DNA from: Ignavibacteria bacterium
GTDB taxonomy: Bacteria; Bacteroidota; Ignavibacteria; Tepidaquicellales; OLB5
DNA length: 64,000 nucleotides
Direction: 5' to 3'
NCBI GenBank assembly: GCA_017303675.1
Contig: JAFLBX010000002.1
Coordinates: 1,204,488 to 1,268,487 of the forward strand
The stretch's first letter is position 1; every line of letters begins with the position of its first letter. The notes below the pieces were generated by a model, which saw nothing but the letters and a program-made list of their open reading frames with translations, had not been told where the DNA came from and ran no database searches. This document shows, one piece after another, positions 18,519-27,958 of this stretch. A program made the translations under genes and the position numbers.

Positions 18519-19523
18519 TTGCTTATGAATATTTGCATACTCGGTTCAGGCGGTTGGGGTACTGCCCTTGGAATTATACTCCACAATAACAGGCATAAAG
18601 TGACTTTATGGGAGTTCGATAAAGAATATGCCCATACTTTAAGTGAATTCCGCGAAAATTTTTATTACCTTCCAAAGATAAAGATCCCCGAAAAAATTGC
18701 AATAACCAGTGATATCCACTCAGCTATTGAAGGTAAAGAATTAATAGTGGTAGCAACCCCTACACAATACATCCGCAGCGTAATTGAAAAAATAAAAGAT
18801 ATTGATTTTAAAGGAAGGGTGATACTAAGTGTATCCAAAGGCATTGAAAATCATACTTTAATGACCGTTTCACAGATCTTTCAGAATGTTTTTAACAATA
18901 TAGATAAACGTAACATCACAGTACTATCCGGTCCTTCACATGCAGAAGAAGCCGCTAAACAGATACCTACTGCAGTAGCAGCAGCAGGCTTTGACGAAAA
19001 AAACACCGAAATAGTTCAGAAGGCATTTTCCAATAAATATTTCCGAGTTTACAAAAGCAGCGATGTTGTTGGAGTTGAGCTTGGCGGAGCTTTAAAGAAC
19101 GTAATAGCAATAGCCGCAGGCATTGCCGATGGTGCCGGGTTCGGAGATAATACAAAAGCCGCAATAATGACAAGAGGTTTAAGGGAAATTACAAGGTTTG
19201 GCATGAGATTCGGCGCACAGGAACATACCTTCATGGGACTCTCAGGCATAGGCGATCTTATTGTAACATGCATGAGCAAACACTCACGCAACCGCTTTGT
19301 TGGCGAAGAAGTTGGCAAAGGTAAAAAGCTGAAGCAGGTTCTGGCAGAAATGAAAATGGTGGCAGAAGGAGTTGCTACTACAGAATCGACACACGAGCTC
19401 GCAAAAAAGCTGGGAGTAGAGCTTCCAATAATTGAACAGGTTTACAAAGTACTGTTCCAGGGTAAAGACCCGCATCATGCAACAGAAAAGCTTATGACCC
19501 GAAACCTGAAGGATGAAAAATAA
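18519..19523 (+). CDS. gpsA: NAD(P)H-dependent glycerol-3-phosphate dehydrogenase
   Basis: 334 aa with Rossmann motif ILGSGGWGTALG and the GALKNVIAIAAG and MTRGL.E blocks. Confidence 0.92.
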   Translation: MLMNICILGSGGWGTALGIILHNNRHKVTLWEFDKEYAHTLSEFRENFYYLPKIKIPEKIAITSDIHSAIEGKELIVVATPTQYIRSVIEKIKDIDFKGRVILSVSKGIENHTLMTVSQIFQNVFNNIDKRNITVLSGPSHAEEAAKQIPTAVAAAGFDEKNTEIVQKAFSNKYFRVYKSSDVVGVELGGALKNVIAIAAGIADGAGFGDNTKAAIMTRGLREITRFGMRFGAQEHTFMGLSGIGDLIVTCMSKHSRNRFVGEEVGKGKKLKQVLAEMKMVAEGVATTESTHELAKKLGVELPIIEQVYKVLFQGKDPHHATEKLMTRNLKDEK

Positions 19524-21093
19524 AACTCCCTCCCCTGTTTCAGCCTTATATATAAATGCGAAAGTATGGCAGCCCGATGGTATATTCACCGAATGCTTTG
19601 GTGTGAACAGCGGGCATTTCGATTTTACCGGTTCAAATAAAGAAGCTGATACCCTTAAGAAAAATTATAAAAAAATTATCGATCTTAACGGGAAAACTGT
19701 GTTACCAGGATTAACTGACGGCCACCTTCACCTGGTTAACGGCGGTATAATGATGAAAAGGCTGGATTGCTCCCTGATCAGTTCAGTAACAGAGCTAAAG
19801 GATGCAATTAACGATTATACCAGCAGAAATAAAGTAAGCTGGGTTATTGGGGGAAACCTGGACCTTAACAAAGTTTTCACCGGACATGATACAACCCGGG
19901 GAAATATCATTGATGATATATTCAGTGAGCTGCCTTTATATATTACAAATTACGACTATCACTCAGCAATTTGCAACAGCAAAGCCTTGGCTTTGGCCGG
20001 CATTGACGTGAACGATAACAATTTGCCGAAAGATGAAATTGAAATTTCATCAACGGGGAAATTTACCGGCTTTGTTACAGAAGGTACAATGTACAGGGTT
20101 TATAATACCATTACTCCGCCTTCACTCAATGTTAAATGTGATGCGGTATATGACTGCATAAAGATGCTGCATTCATATGGCATTACTTCAGTAGGTGATA
20201 TTACTTTACCCGAAGATATTGATGTTTATGTAAATCTGTACAAACAGGGCAGACTGAATATAAGGATAAACTCCTACATTCCGTTTGATGAATTTGATAA
20301 CCTGCAGTATTTCCTGGATAAAACAGCAGAAATAGATAAAGATTACTTTTCCATTAAAGGATTTAAAGCTTTCTGGGATGGGGCTCTTGGTTCAGAAACC
20401 GCGCTGTTCACCCGTAACTACAAAGGCAGAGATCATAACGGATATACGACGGAAATTGTCAGATCGGGAAGGATCTATGAACTTGCCCAAAAAATAGATG
20501 CAGCAGGTATGCAGATGATAATTCACGCAATAGGTGATAAAGCAGTAAGTGAAGTACTTGAGTTATATGCGGGGCTGCCAAATACTAAAAAGCTGCGGCA
20601 CAGAGTTGAACACGCACAGCATATTCAACCGGAGGATATGGAAAAATTCGGGAAGTATGGAATAATCGCATCGGTGCAGCCATTGCACCTTAAATATGAT
20701 GCCCGTACTGTTTTTGAGAAGATTCCTGCGAAATTGATCCCGTTTACACATAATTACTTTCATATATTAAAATCCGGCGGGGTAATGAATTTCGGCACTG
20801 ATTTCCCAATAGTTGAAGCTGACCCGTTTGAAAACATAAGGCTTGCGGTAACCCGTAATACGGAGCATGGAGAATTCACTCCTGAACACAGTATACCGCT
20901 TCAAGAATGCCTGCGTGCATATACTATCAACAATGCTTTTGCAAGCCATAATGAATATGCCGCTGGGAGTATAACAAAAGGAAAAGTTGCTGATTTTATA
21001 GTCTTAAATGAGGATATTTTTGAAATGGAAGATGAAACTATAAGTACAATTAAAGTTTTGGAAACGTATGTTGGGGGTAAATCCGTTTACTAA
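19513..21093 (+). CDS. Amidohydrolase-family metal-dependent hydrolase (YtcJ-like)
   Basis: 526 aa with PGLTDGHLHL metal-binding motif, later HAIGD and VEHAQ blocks, and GTDFP near the C-terminus. Confidence 0.85.
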   Translation: MKNKTPSPVSALYINAKVWQPDGIFTECFGVNSGHFDFTGSNKEADTLKKNYKKIIDLNGKTVLPGLTDGHLHLVNGGIMMKRLDCSLISSVTELKDAINDYTSRNKVSWVIGGNLDLNKVFTGHDTTRGNIIDDIFSELPLYITNYDYHSAICNSKALALAGIDVNDNNLPKDEIEISSTGKFTGFVTEGTMYRVYNTITPPSLNVKCDAVYDCIKMLHSYGITSVGDITLPEDIDVYVNLYKQGRLNIRINSYIPFDEFDNLQYFLDKTAEIDKDYFSIKGFKAFWDGALGSETALFTRNYKGRDHNGYTTEIVRSGRIYELAQKIDAAGMQMIIHAIGDKAVSEVLELYAGLPNTKKLRHRVEHAQHIQPEDMEKFGKYGIIASVQPLHLKYDARTVFEKIPAKLIPFTHNYFHILKSGGVMNFGTDFPIVEADPFENIRLAVTRNTEHGEFTPEHSIPLQECLRAYTINNAFASHNEYAAGSITKGKVADFIVLNEDIFEMEDETISTIKVLETYVGGKSVY

Positions 21094-21157
21094 AAAATTC
21101 TGCCAATCTAAGCAAGCTATGACACGAAATGCCCCTCTAAATCTAAACTAAAATCTT

Positions 21158-21281
21158 TGATAAATAGGTTTTCTTTAATTATCGTCTGGATGCTTCCTTC
21201 TCGTGCTTCGCACTATAAGGCAAGCACTTCGTTCAGCATGACAAATAATTTTTGTCATTCTGAGCGAGCGAAGCGAGTGAA
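21158..21281. repeat. GC-richer ~124-bp insertion bracketed by 18-nt direct repeats; contains the motif GTCATTCTGAGCGAGCGAAGCG
   Basis: AATCTAAACTAAAATCTT (21140-21157) versus AATCTAGACTAAAATCTT (21283-21300) match at 17 of 18 positions. The right copy is the last codons plus the stop of the trmH-like gene. Confidence 0.45.
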
Positions 21282-21285
21282 GAAT

Positions 21286-21834
21286 CTAGACTAAAATCTT
21301 ATGATGATGACACTTCCTTACCAGCTCCATTACAGCGATACCATATGCAACAGATACATTAATTGAATGCTTAAAGCCGTATTGAGGTATCTCAATTGAA
21401 AAATCTGCCATTTCAATGATTTCATTAGATACGCCTGTAAGTTCATTTCCCAAAACCAGGCATAACGGGAAGTCACCTGCTTCTATTTCTGAATAATTCC
21501 TGCTGTTATTTGTAATTTCAAGAGGAACTATCTTAATTCCATTTTCCTTTATCTTTTTTACTGCTTCAACAGGATCTCTTACATATTCCCATGGCACAGC
21601 TTCTGTTGCACCAAGCGCGACTTTTTCAATTTCCTGACGTGGGGGGTATGGAGTATACCCGGTTAAATAAAGCTTCTCGATAAGCGCTGCATCGCTTGTG
21701 CGGAAAATGGAACCGACATTATAAATGCTGCGGATATTATCAGCCACCGCATATATCGGATGCCTTTTAATTGTCCTTGTTTCATCTAGAGAAATTCGTT
21801 TTTTCCCAACTTCTTCGTGTGTAAGTTTTCTCAT
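21286..21834 (-). CDS. SpoU/TrmH-family RNA 2'-O-methyltransferase
   Basis: 182 aa with SpoU motifs LVLGNELTGVS and IPQYGFKHSINVSVA. Confidence 0.85.
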   Translation of the reverse strand: MRKLTHEEVGKKRISLDETRTIKRHPIYAVADNIRSIYNVGSIFRTSDAALIEKLYLTGYTPYPPRQEIEKVALGATEAVPWEYVRDPVEAVKKIKENGIKIVPLEITNNSRNYSEIEAGDFPLCLVLGNELTGVSNEIIEMADFSIEIPQYGFKHSINVSVAYGIAVMELVRKCHHHKILV

Positions 21835-21905
21835 GTAATAATAATTTAATTACCCTCAAAAAAAAAGGGTGTTCTGCTTTTAACAAGCTGAAGTGTATAA
21901 AATTT

Positions 21906-24900
21906 CTAGAAATAAGCTCTGATCTCAGCAGTTCCGGTGTGAATTACCTTTGACCTGTCTTCTGCCCTGCCAAAATAGTTAATTGTTGCCTGGATAAAAT
22001 TACTTATCCTGTATTCAAAATTCACTGACCAGAAATAGCTTTTACCTGCAACCAGCCCTTTTGTTAGATCAAACGGAATAAACGCCGGGTTGGAATTTAA
22101 TATTACTTCATTCCTTGATATTTCACTGCGCAATGTTCCTTTGCCTGAAAGAGAGTACGTAAGCCTGAAAGTCTGCACATTAATATCTGCCTGGGTTGGC
22201 GAAGCCGGGTAAAAATCATTTGCCCTTTTTATCTGAACTTTAAAACCGGTTTCAATCAGCTGGTTAGGCTTGTAAATTATTTCCGAAGTTACACCTTCTG
22301 TGTTGATATTCCAGTTGCGTATTTCAACATCAGGGGCTGCATTGCGTTCGATCTGTGTAACATAATCGGTAATAAGAGCCAGGTCCGGAGTAAATGAAAG
22401 GCGCAGCCTGCCGGTTCTTTCAACATTTAATACCCTTTCATTCCCCGAAAAATACTGTATAAATCCTCTGCGCTGAACAAAGCGCAGCTTAATGCCAAAG
22501 TAATCGTAATTTTCAAATATCCCTATATCCTGCTGAACCGTTGTTGAGCCTGTGATCGTATTTTCATCATTCTGGAAAGTGCTGAACTTAAGCAGGTATA
22601 TATTTCTCTGCAAAGGATCTTTGCTCTTTTCTGATACGCTTACATAAGTATCAGAGGTTATGTTATTAAGTACTGTTTTCACCGCTCCGCTTCCCATAGA
22701 AGCTAAAAATCTCGAAGGCACAAGGTTTAATGATGCCGAGCTTTGCAGATCTGTTGTGGGGAAGAGCTGATCGGTTGGCCTTAAAATTTTTATATAATCT
22801 CCGTCGAAACTGGTTAATACAAATTCATTTTCATCCTGCAATCCGTTGCCGTTCAGATCTCCGATGTATTTATAATTACCCTGCCCCAGCGGCACGGAAA
22901 TAAATACCACTTCCTGTTTAGCAGTACGCTCGCTGGATACTTTATAAAAAAGGTTAGTATTAAATCCCCTGTTAAGGAACCATAAGTTGCTTTGCGAGGT
23001 AACAAGAATTGTGCGGCTATCTGCAAATCCTTTGCTCTGGAACTCAGGAGTATATTTTTTATCGTAAACTATCACATCACCTGTTGCAGAAATAAAATCC
23101 AGGTTCTTAAGCCTAATGCCGGCTGTACTGGTGTAAGAATTTGATTGCCTGGCAAGAGAGCCGGCTGAAAACTGGTCATCAAACCTGTAACTGAACTGGT
23201 AAATAAGATCAATGTTAAACAGATCAGAAATTATAAATCGGGGCTTGAATTCATAAAACCTGAAACTGCCGGTGTTTGTGGTATCAAAACTCAGTGAACG
23301 TGTTTGTTTATCTTCCCCGTTAAATTCAGCGGCTAGATTATACTTTCCAAGTCTTGGGTCTTTGAACAGCCTGAATTTATAATCAACTGAACCGTACTGC
23401 CTTATCCATTTGCCGCCGTAATCAAGTGAGTTATCTTTGCTTGTGATATAATCAGCATAATAAACTACCGATGGCACCAAAAGGCTATCGCCTGCGAACT
23501 TAAGATCAACCGCCCCCCTTAATGAATTAAATGTATCTCCCCTTTTGATCCTTCCTGCCGAGGTAACAACACGGAAATACTTTCCGGGATTTATGCTTAA
23601 GCCTGCTTCTGTAGTAACTTCTGTCAGCTTACTCGAATCCTGGATATCCCATACCCTGTTATACTCAACCCTGTTAAGCCTGTCAACGGCATTATAGAGC
23701 TTATTCACAACACGCTGCCTTACGTTCAGCTGAACTTCACCAAGTGAAAGCTTTCCTAATTTCAGGTTTTTGGGATTAAAAATAAGTGTTGAAGAAAATG
23801 CCCCGCCTTTATTTTCAGTATCGTCAGCATCGCTTAGCAGGTTAGCATCAAAATCACTGGCTGTACCTTCCATCACAAGTGAAAGGTCCTTTGATATTTT
23901 GAAATTAAGGCCAACATCCGCTGACTGGTATGCCACAGGCAGGGGGAAAAATATTAAAGGAAGGTAACTTCCCTGTCCCAATCCGGCAAATACATAAGCA
24001 CTGCTGCTTAAACTGTTATAGTCACCTTTTCCAATGCCTACGAACGAAAAAGTAACCTGGTAAAGGGCATTTGTATCACCCGGGGAATATATATATTTTG
24101 TGTAGCTTTGTGAGTTTATTAGTGTATCACGCTGAATATATAATCCAAGTGAATTTCCGGCAGTATCTCTGCCAACAAATACCACCCCGCTTTTTGATGC
24201 AAGAAATTTATTATCACCGGCATCAGATATAATTGTCTTATCGGTATCAGAAAGTACAAAATCAATTGGTTTATCGGGGTCGTCACGCTCGCGTATATAA
24301 GAAAACGAGAGTTTAAGCCTTTCATTAATTACAGCAGTGCGGGTTTGACCCGCTATAAAGCTTCGGGAATACTTTTTATCGGAATATTCGAAATCTACAA
24401 CAATTCGCGAAGCATTGGTAATCAGCCTGTAGTTTGTAAACTTTATCTGACCGTTGGAATAATCGATGGTGTAATCATTGCTTTCGCCGCGTGTCATTAA
24501 AATACCATCAAGGTAAACACGCTCACTTCCCGCTATAACAACGATATTAACTTCATTATCAGCGCCGATAAGACGGTAGGGACCCTGGACGCCATCCTGC
24601 CCGTTAAACGAGTTACTGTTGAATCTGCCCCTGCTTAAGGCGCCGGTTAAGAAAATATCGGTCTTATCAAAACCCGCAAAGCCTTTTGCACCCTGCAGCT
24701 TTTTATTGAAATTAAAAAATTCACTTCCTGAAAAATTCACTTCAATATCGCCAAGTGTTGTGGTAATATTGCTTGAGCGAAGCTCAACGAATACTTTGTC
24801 AATTTCCTGCAGTTTTTGAGTGTTGCCTTCCGGCTGTATGGGAGTATTTTCATCGGTCAATGCGGCAGTTATATCGATATCATTTGAGAGCTTGCCGTTC

Positions 24901-25439
24901 AACTGCAGGCGGAAGCCTGACTGCAGGGATAGATCCCTGTTATTACCAAGGGTGAACCCGCGGAAAATACTGCCTGATTTCTGCAGGTCAGTTCCTGCGA
25001 ATATATCTTCAACAAAATCACTTTTGATTTCTGCTACTTTAACACTGTCGCCGGTAGCAGTATCAAGCCGGCTCAGAACTTCAAACCTCGAATACGAATC
25101 GGCAATATCGAAAGGGTAATTTTTGTATGTAATTATAAGCTGCAGCCTTTCAGGCTGACCGCTTTTGATAATATCATCAATGAAAGATTTATAAAGCCTG
25201 ATCTTCCCGAAGCGGTAATCTACGTAAAAGTTCGAAGGACTGACCTCGGTAGAATCAGAATACAAGGTAAGGCTTCCGAACTTAATGAACTTATCTGGGA
25301 GCGAGATAAGTGAATCTTCACCCGCCACGGTAGTTACAAATTTTTTATAATTAATATCGCCAAAGGTATTTGGCTGAGAATAGATTATTCCAGATATGAT
25401 AAAAAAGAAAAAAAACGCAATTTTGGGAATTTGCTTCAA
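21906..25439 (-). CDS. Very large outer-membrane beta-barrel candidate (possibly distantly SprA-like)
   Basis: 1177 aa with a signal peptide, long runs of alternating-polarity strands rich in Y/F/G/N/S, and a C-terminal ...AEIRAYF ending in an aromatic residue as in OMPs. Confidence 0.55.
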   Translation of the reverse strand: MKQIPKIAFFFFFIISGIIYSQPNTFGDINYKKFVTTVAGEDSLISLPDKFIKFGSLTLYSDSTEVSPSNFYVDYRFGKIRLYKSFIDDIIKSGQPERLQLIITYKNYPFDIADSYSRFEVLSRLDTATGDSVKVAEIKSDFVEDIFAGTDLQKSGSIFRGFTLGNNRDLSLQSGFRLQLNGKLSNDIDITAALTDENTPIQPEGNTQKLQEIDKVFVELRSSNITTTLGDIEVNFSGSEFFNFNKKLQGAKGFAGFDKTDIFLTGALSRGRFNSNSFNGQDGVQGPYRLIGADNEVNIVVIAGSERVYLDGILMTRGESNDYTIDYSNGQIKFTNYRLITNASRIVVDFEYSDKKYSRSFIAGQTRTAVINERLKLSFSYIRERDDPDKPIDFVLSDTDKTIISDAGDNKFLASKSGVVFVGRDTAGNSLGLYIQRDTLINSQSYTKYIYSPGDTNALYQVTFSFVGIGKGDYNSLSSSAYVFAGLGQGSYLPLIFFPLPVAYQSADVGLNFKISKDLSLVMEGTASDFDANLLSDADDTENKGGAFSSTLIFNPKNLKLGKLSLGEVQLNVRQRVVNKLYNAVDRLNRVEYNRVWDIQDSSKLTEVTTEAGLSINPGKYFRVVTSAGRIKRGDTFNSLRGAVDLKFAGDSLLVPSVVYYADYITSKDNSLDYGGKWIRQYGSVDYKFRLFKDPRLGKYNLAAEFNGEDKQTRSLSFDTTNTGSFRFYEFKPRFIISDLFNIDLIYQFSYRFDDQFSAGSLARQSNSYTSTAGIRLKNLDFISATGDVIVYDKKYTPEFQSKGFADSRTILVTSQSNLWFLNRGFNTNLFYKVSSERTAKQEVVFISVPLGQGNYKYIGDLNGNGLQDENEFVLTSFDGDYIKILRPTDQLFPTTDLQSSASLNLVPSRFLASMGSGAVKTVLNNITSDTYVSVSEKSKDPLQRNIYLLKFSTFQNDENTITGSTTVQQDIGIFENYDYFGIKLRFVQRRGFIQYFSGNERVLNVERTGRLRLSFTPDLALITDYVTQIERNAAPDVEIRNWNINTEGVTSEIIYKPNQLIETGFKVQIKRANDFYPASPTQADINVQTFRLTYSLSGKGTLRSEISRNEVILNSNPAFIPFDLTKGLVAGKSYFWSVNFEYRISNFIQATINYFGRAEDRSKVIHTGTAEIRAYF

Positions 25440-25487
25440 ATAATACCAGCGGATAATTGAGGTAATTCCGTTATGTAAAATTACCTT

Positions 25488-26642
25488 TTATTTTGTCTGT
25501 GAACCCTGAAGAAGATCAGCAAAATAGTATTTTTCGTAATCCTTGTGATCTGAGATCAGGCTTTCAACAATTGGTATTAGTTTATCATCACTTAGCTGGA
25601 ATTGGTTTGGTTTATGTTCTGCTTTATATTCTGCAACAATATTTTCAACAGTAGAAAATATCATAAGTTCTTCCCTGTCAAACTTGCTCCAGCGGTTTCC
25701 GCGGGCATAGCCGTAAACATCCTTAAAGAAAATAATATAATCACCGTATGAATCAGTGCCTATCTCAAAAGTTTTATACTTTATCCTTACCGGGAATTTC
25801 TGTTTTTCTTCTTCGGTGAAGTTATACATCATGGATTTTTTGCTGTTAGCCCAAAAGCTGAGGTCCTGGCTTGTGACCATTTTCTTCACTATGAACTTCT
25901 TCATCTTATCAATATTGCCGTTATCATTCCTTACACAGCCATGAGAAAGAGCGCGGTATTCATTCTTAAGCAGTCCGTTTTTATTTGTGCCGTGGAAATA
26001 GCGCAGTGAGTTCTCATCATAGTGCGCGGCAAATAAACCCAGCGGGTTGCCCGGTCCGGGCGGAGTTCCCGGTTCAAGCGGGTCGCTTTCGGGGTCCTTC
26101 CATGTTGGCCAGTTGCGAAGCCTGAAAATATTATAATAGCCGGTATAGGTTTTGGTTGAAGGTGCGCCAACCACATTTGGCCAGATTGTTATTAATATTG
26201 TATCGCTATTATATATCTGGTAAATACGTGATGTAAATTCGGGGATGTTAAGCTCCCACAGCATCGTTGGTGCTGGATCGAGGTAATGCTCAGGCACATT
26301 AATTGTTAAGCTGAACTCAACATGTCCCAATGTATCGTTAACAAGCTTTTTGGAAATATCCTTGCTGCCTTTAATAGCTTCTATCTCTTCATCGCTCATT
26401 ATAGGCCAGAGATCGAACAAATAGTCTTCAATCTGCGCATCGATGTTTTCAACATCTTCTATAGGCAGGGTTACTTTTTGATAACCTTTAACATTTGAAG
26501 TGTTTGTAATTACTTCCGGTTCAGTGATCTTTGTGGACTTATTGGCTTCCTGGCCGTAATCAGCCTGTGTATACAGAAGCCCTGCCAGTATAATTACCGT
26601 AAAAATGCTGAAAAACTTAAATTTTGAAGACTTTTTTAACAT
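25488..26642 (-). CDS. L,D-transpeptidase (YkuD) domain protein
   Basis: 384 aa with a signal peptide and the catalytic motif FHGTN...ALSHGCVRN. Confidence 0.8.
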   Translation of the reverse strand: MLKKSSKFKFFSIFTVIILAGLLYTQADYGQEANKSTKITEPEVITNTSNVKGYQKVTLPIEDVENIDAQIEDYLFDLWPIMSDEEIEAIKGSKDISKKLVNDTLGHVEFSLTINVPEHYLDPAPTMLWELNIPEFTSRIYQIYNSDTILITIWPNVVGAPSTKTYTGYYNIFRLRNWPTWKDPESDPLEPGTPPGPGNPLGLFAAHYDENSLRYFHGTNKNGLLKNEYRALSHGCVRNDNGNIDKMKKFIVKKMVTSQDLSFWANSKKSMMYNFTEEEKQKFPVRIKYKTFEIGTDSYGDYIIFFKDVYGYARGNRWSKFDREELMIFSTVENIVAEYKAEHKPNQFQLSDDKLIPIVESLISDHKDYEKYYFADLLQGSQTK

Positions 26643-26751
26643 ATTTTTAAATTAGAACCGTAAATTTACTTTAAATTCCTCACTATTTCAAACCATATTA
26701 ATATGATAGATAATTCCTGAGTAAACTGTAAAATTAATTAAAATTGGTGAA

Positions 26752-26852
26752 ACACACCCCGTCCGCCTTCGGCGTCCACCCCTCTCGAGAGGAGAATTAA
26801 GATTCAGATTCCCCTTATGAGAGGGGAAGAGCAATTGCATTTATGCAATTGC
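26752..26852 (+). repeat. Intergenic cluster of three GC-rich stem-loops (box ACACACCCCG + CCCCTCTCGAGAGG; CCCCT-TATGAG-AGGGG; GCAATTGCAT-TT-ATGCAATTGC)
   Basis: Read directly. GC-rich island in an AT-rich spacer. The first unit resembles the intragenic copies at 27244-27290 and 27547-27590. Confidence 0.6.
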
Positions 26853-26942
26853 GAAGAGGTTTGTTAACATAATTTTGAATACTACCCGTAAAACATAGAA
26901 TATATCATTATATCATAAATAGCTATATTTGTTCCGCAATAT

Positions 26943-27647
26943 ATGCCGGACTATAAACAAAAATTCTATGATGTTACCTCGCTGATACAGCAGGAATTTG
27001 ACCGCAATATGGAGCTTTACGGCGAAAAGATCCAGTGCCGCAAAGGCTGCAGCAAATGCTGCTCGCAGATTTTTCATATCACTTTAATTGACGCTTATAT
27101 TATTAAGGAGCACATCCGGTCACTGCCGCTAAAGCGGCGTGAAGAACTTCAGCAAAAGGCCAGGGATTATTTAACAAATCTCCCCCTGACAGGGGGAGAA
27201 AAAGAACATACCGCAGGTATGTTCGCAGAGGGGGTAATTAGTTCAGACCACCCCGGCTCTTCGAGCCACCCCTCCTTAAAAAAGGAGGGGAGCAATAATC
27301 TCCCCTGCCCCGCTCTTGGCACCGAAGGCGAATGTACAATCTACGAAGCACGCCCTGTAATTTGCCGCAGATTTGGAATGCCGATTTATGATTATAAAAA
27401 TCCCAAAAACGTACATGCATGCGAGCTGAACTTTTCAGATGGCGATGAGATAACAGATGAATTGCTTGTACCGAATCAGACTGAAATCGGCATGAAGTGG
27501 GATGAGTTGAAAGAGGAGTTTAACAATGAACAAAATAATTTAACTTCAGACCACCCCGCCCTGCATGCACCTCTCCTTGGTAAGGAGGGGACAAAAGCTG
27601 TTGAAATCAAAGGCACAACCATTGCTGTGGCAATAGCAGGTGCGTAA
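26943..27647 (+). CDS. YkgJ/UPF0153-family CxxCxxCC cysteine-cluster protein carrying intragenic stem-loop repeat insertions
   Basis: 234 aa with CRKGCSKCCSQ and a later CPALGTEGECTIYEARPVICRRFG block. The segment between the blocks and the C-terminal tail are encoded by palindromic repeat DNA. Confidence 0.7.
   Translation: MPDYKQKFYDVTSLIQQEFDRNMELYGEKIQCRKGCSKCCSQIFHITLIDAYIIKEHIRSLPLKRREELQQKARDYLTNLPLTGGEKEHTAGMFAEGVISSDHPGSSSHPSLKKEGSNNLPCPALGTEGECTIYEARPVICRRFGMPIYDYKNPKNVHACELNFSDGDEITDELLVPNQTEIGMKWDELKEEFNNEQNNLTSDHPALHAPLLGKEGTKAVEIKGTTIAVAIAGA
27180..27290 (+). repeat. Three consecutive stem-loops inside the YkgJ-like ORF
   Basis: CTCCCCCT-GAC-AGGGGGAG (27180-27198), GAACATACC-GCA-GGTATGTTC (27204-27224), and CAGACCACCCCG...CCCCTCC-TTAAAAAA-GGAGGGG (27244-27290). 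Confidence 0.65.
27547..27590 (+). repeat. Second intragenic copy of the box + hairpin element
   Basis: CAGACCACCCCGCCCTGCATGCACCTCTCC-TTGGTAA-GGAGGGG, in the same orientation as 27244-27290 and 26752-26793. Confidence 0.55.
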
Positions 27648-27655
27648 AATGGAAA

Positions 27656-27958
27656 TCAGGAAAGAATTTGTTTGGGGTCTTGTGAAGTATGGAATATTCT
27701 CGATATTGTAACTTTTGTACCCTTTATTCTGTATACAATTTTATAACTCCACGCAACAACATACCTGTATTCAAATTTCTTGTGTGATAAAAAGGGTTCA
27801 GCTTGACCCATTTTCGGAAAATCGCTTAGATTTCTTGTGGCTGTGAGAATTTTATTCAAAACAATTTCAGCGTAAGAAGGACCTTGTTCTTCCACAATAT
27901 ACTTTACTGATCTTTCAAGCTGAGATAAAGCTTTTTTAGTCCATATTACCTGAGCCAT
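27656..27958 (-). CDS. RelE/ParE-family type II toxin
   Basis: 100 aa with typical size and pattern (W...A...L......YI.......A..........L..FP..G...........R.......Y.I.Y.......V.I.RI.H). Overlaps an upstream 63-aa ORF by 13 nt. Confidence 0.75.
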   Translation of the reverse strand: MAQVIWTKKALSQLERSVKYIVEEQGPSYAEIVLNKILTATRNLSDFPKMGQAEPFLSHKKFEYRYVVAWSYKIVYRIKGTKVTISRIFHTSQDPKQILS

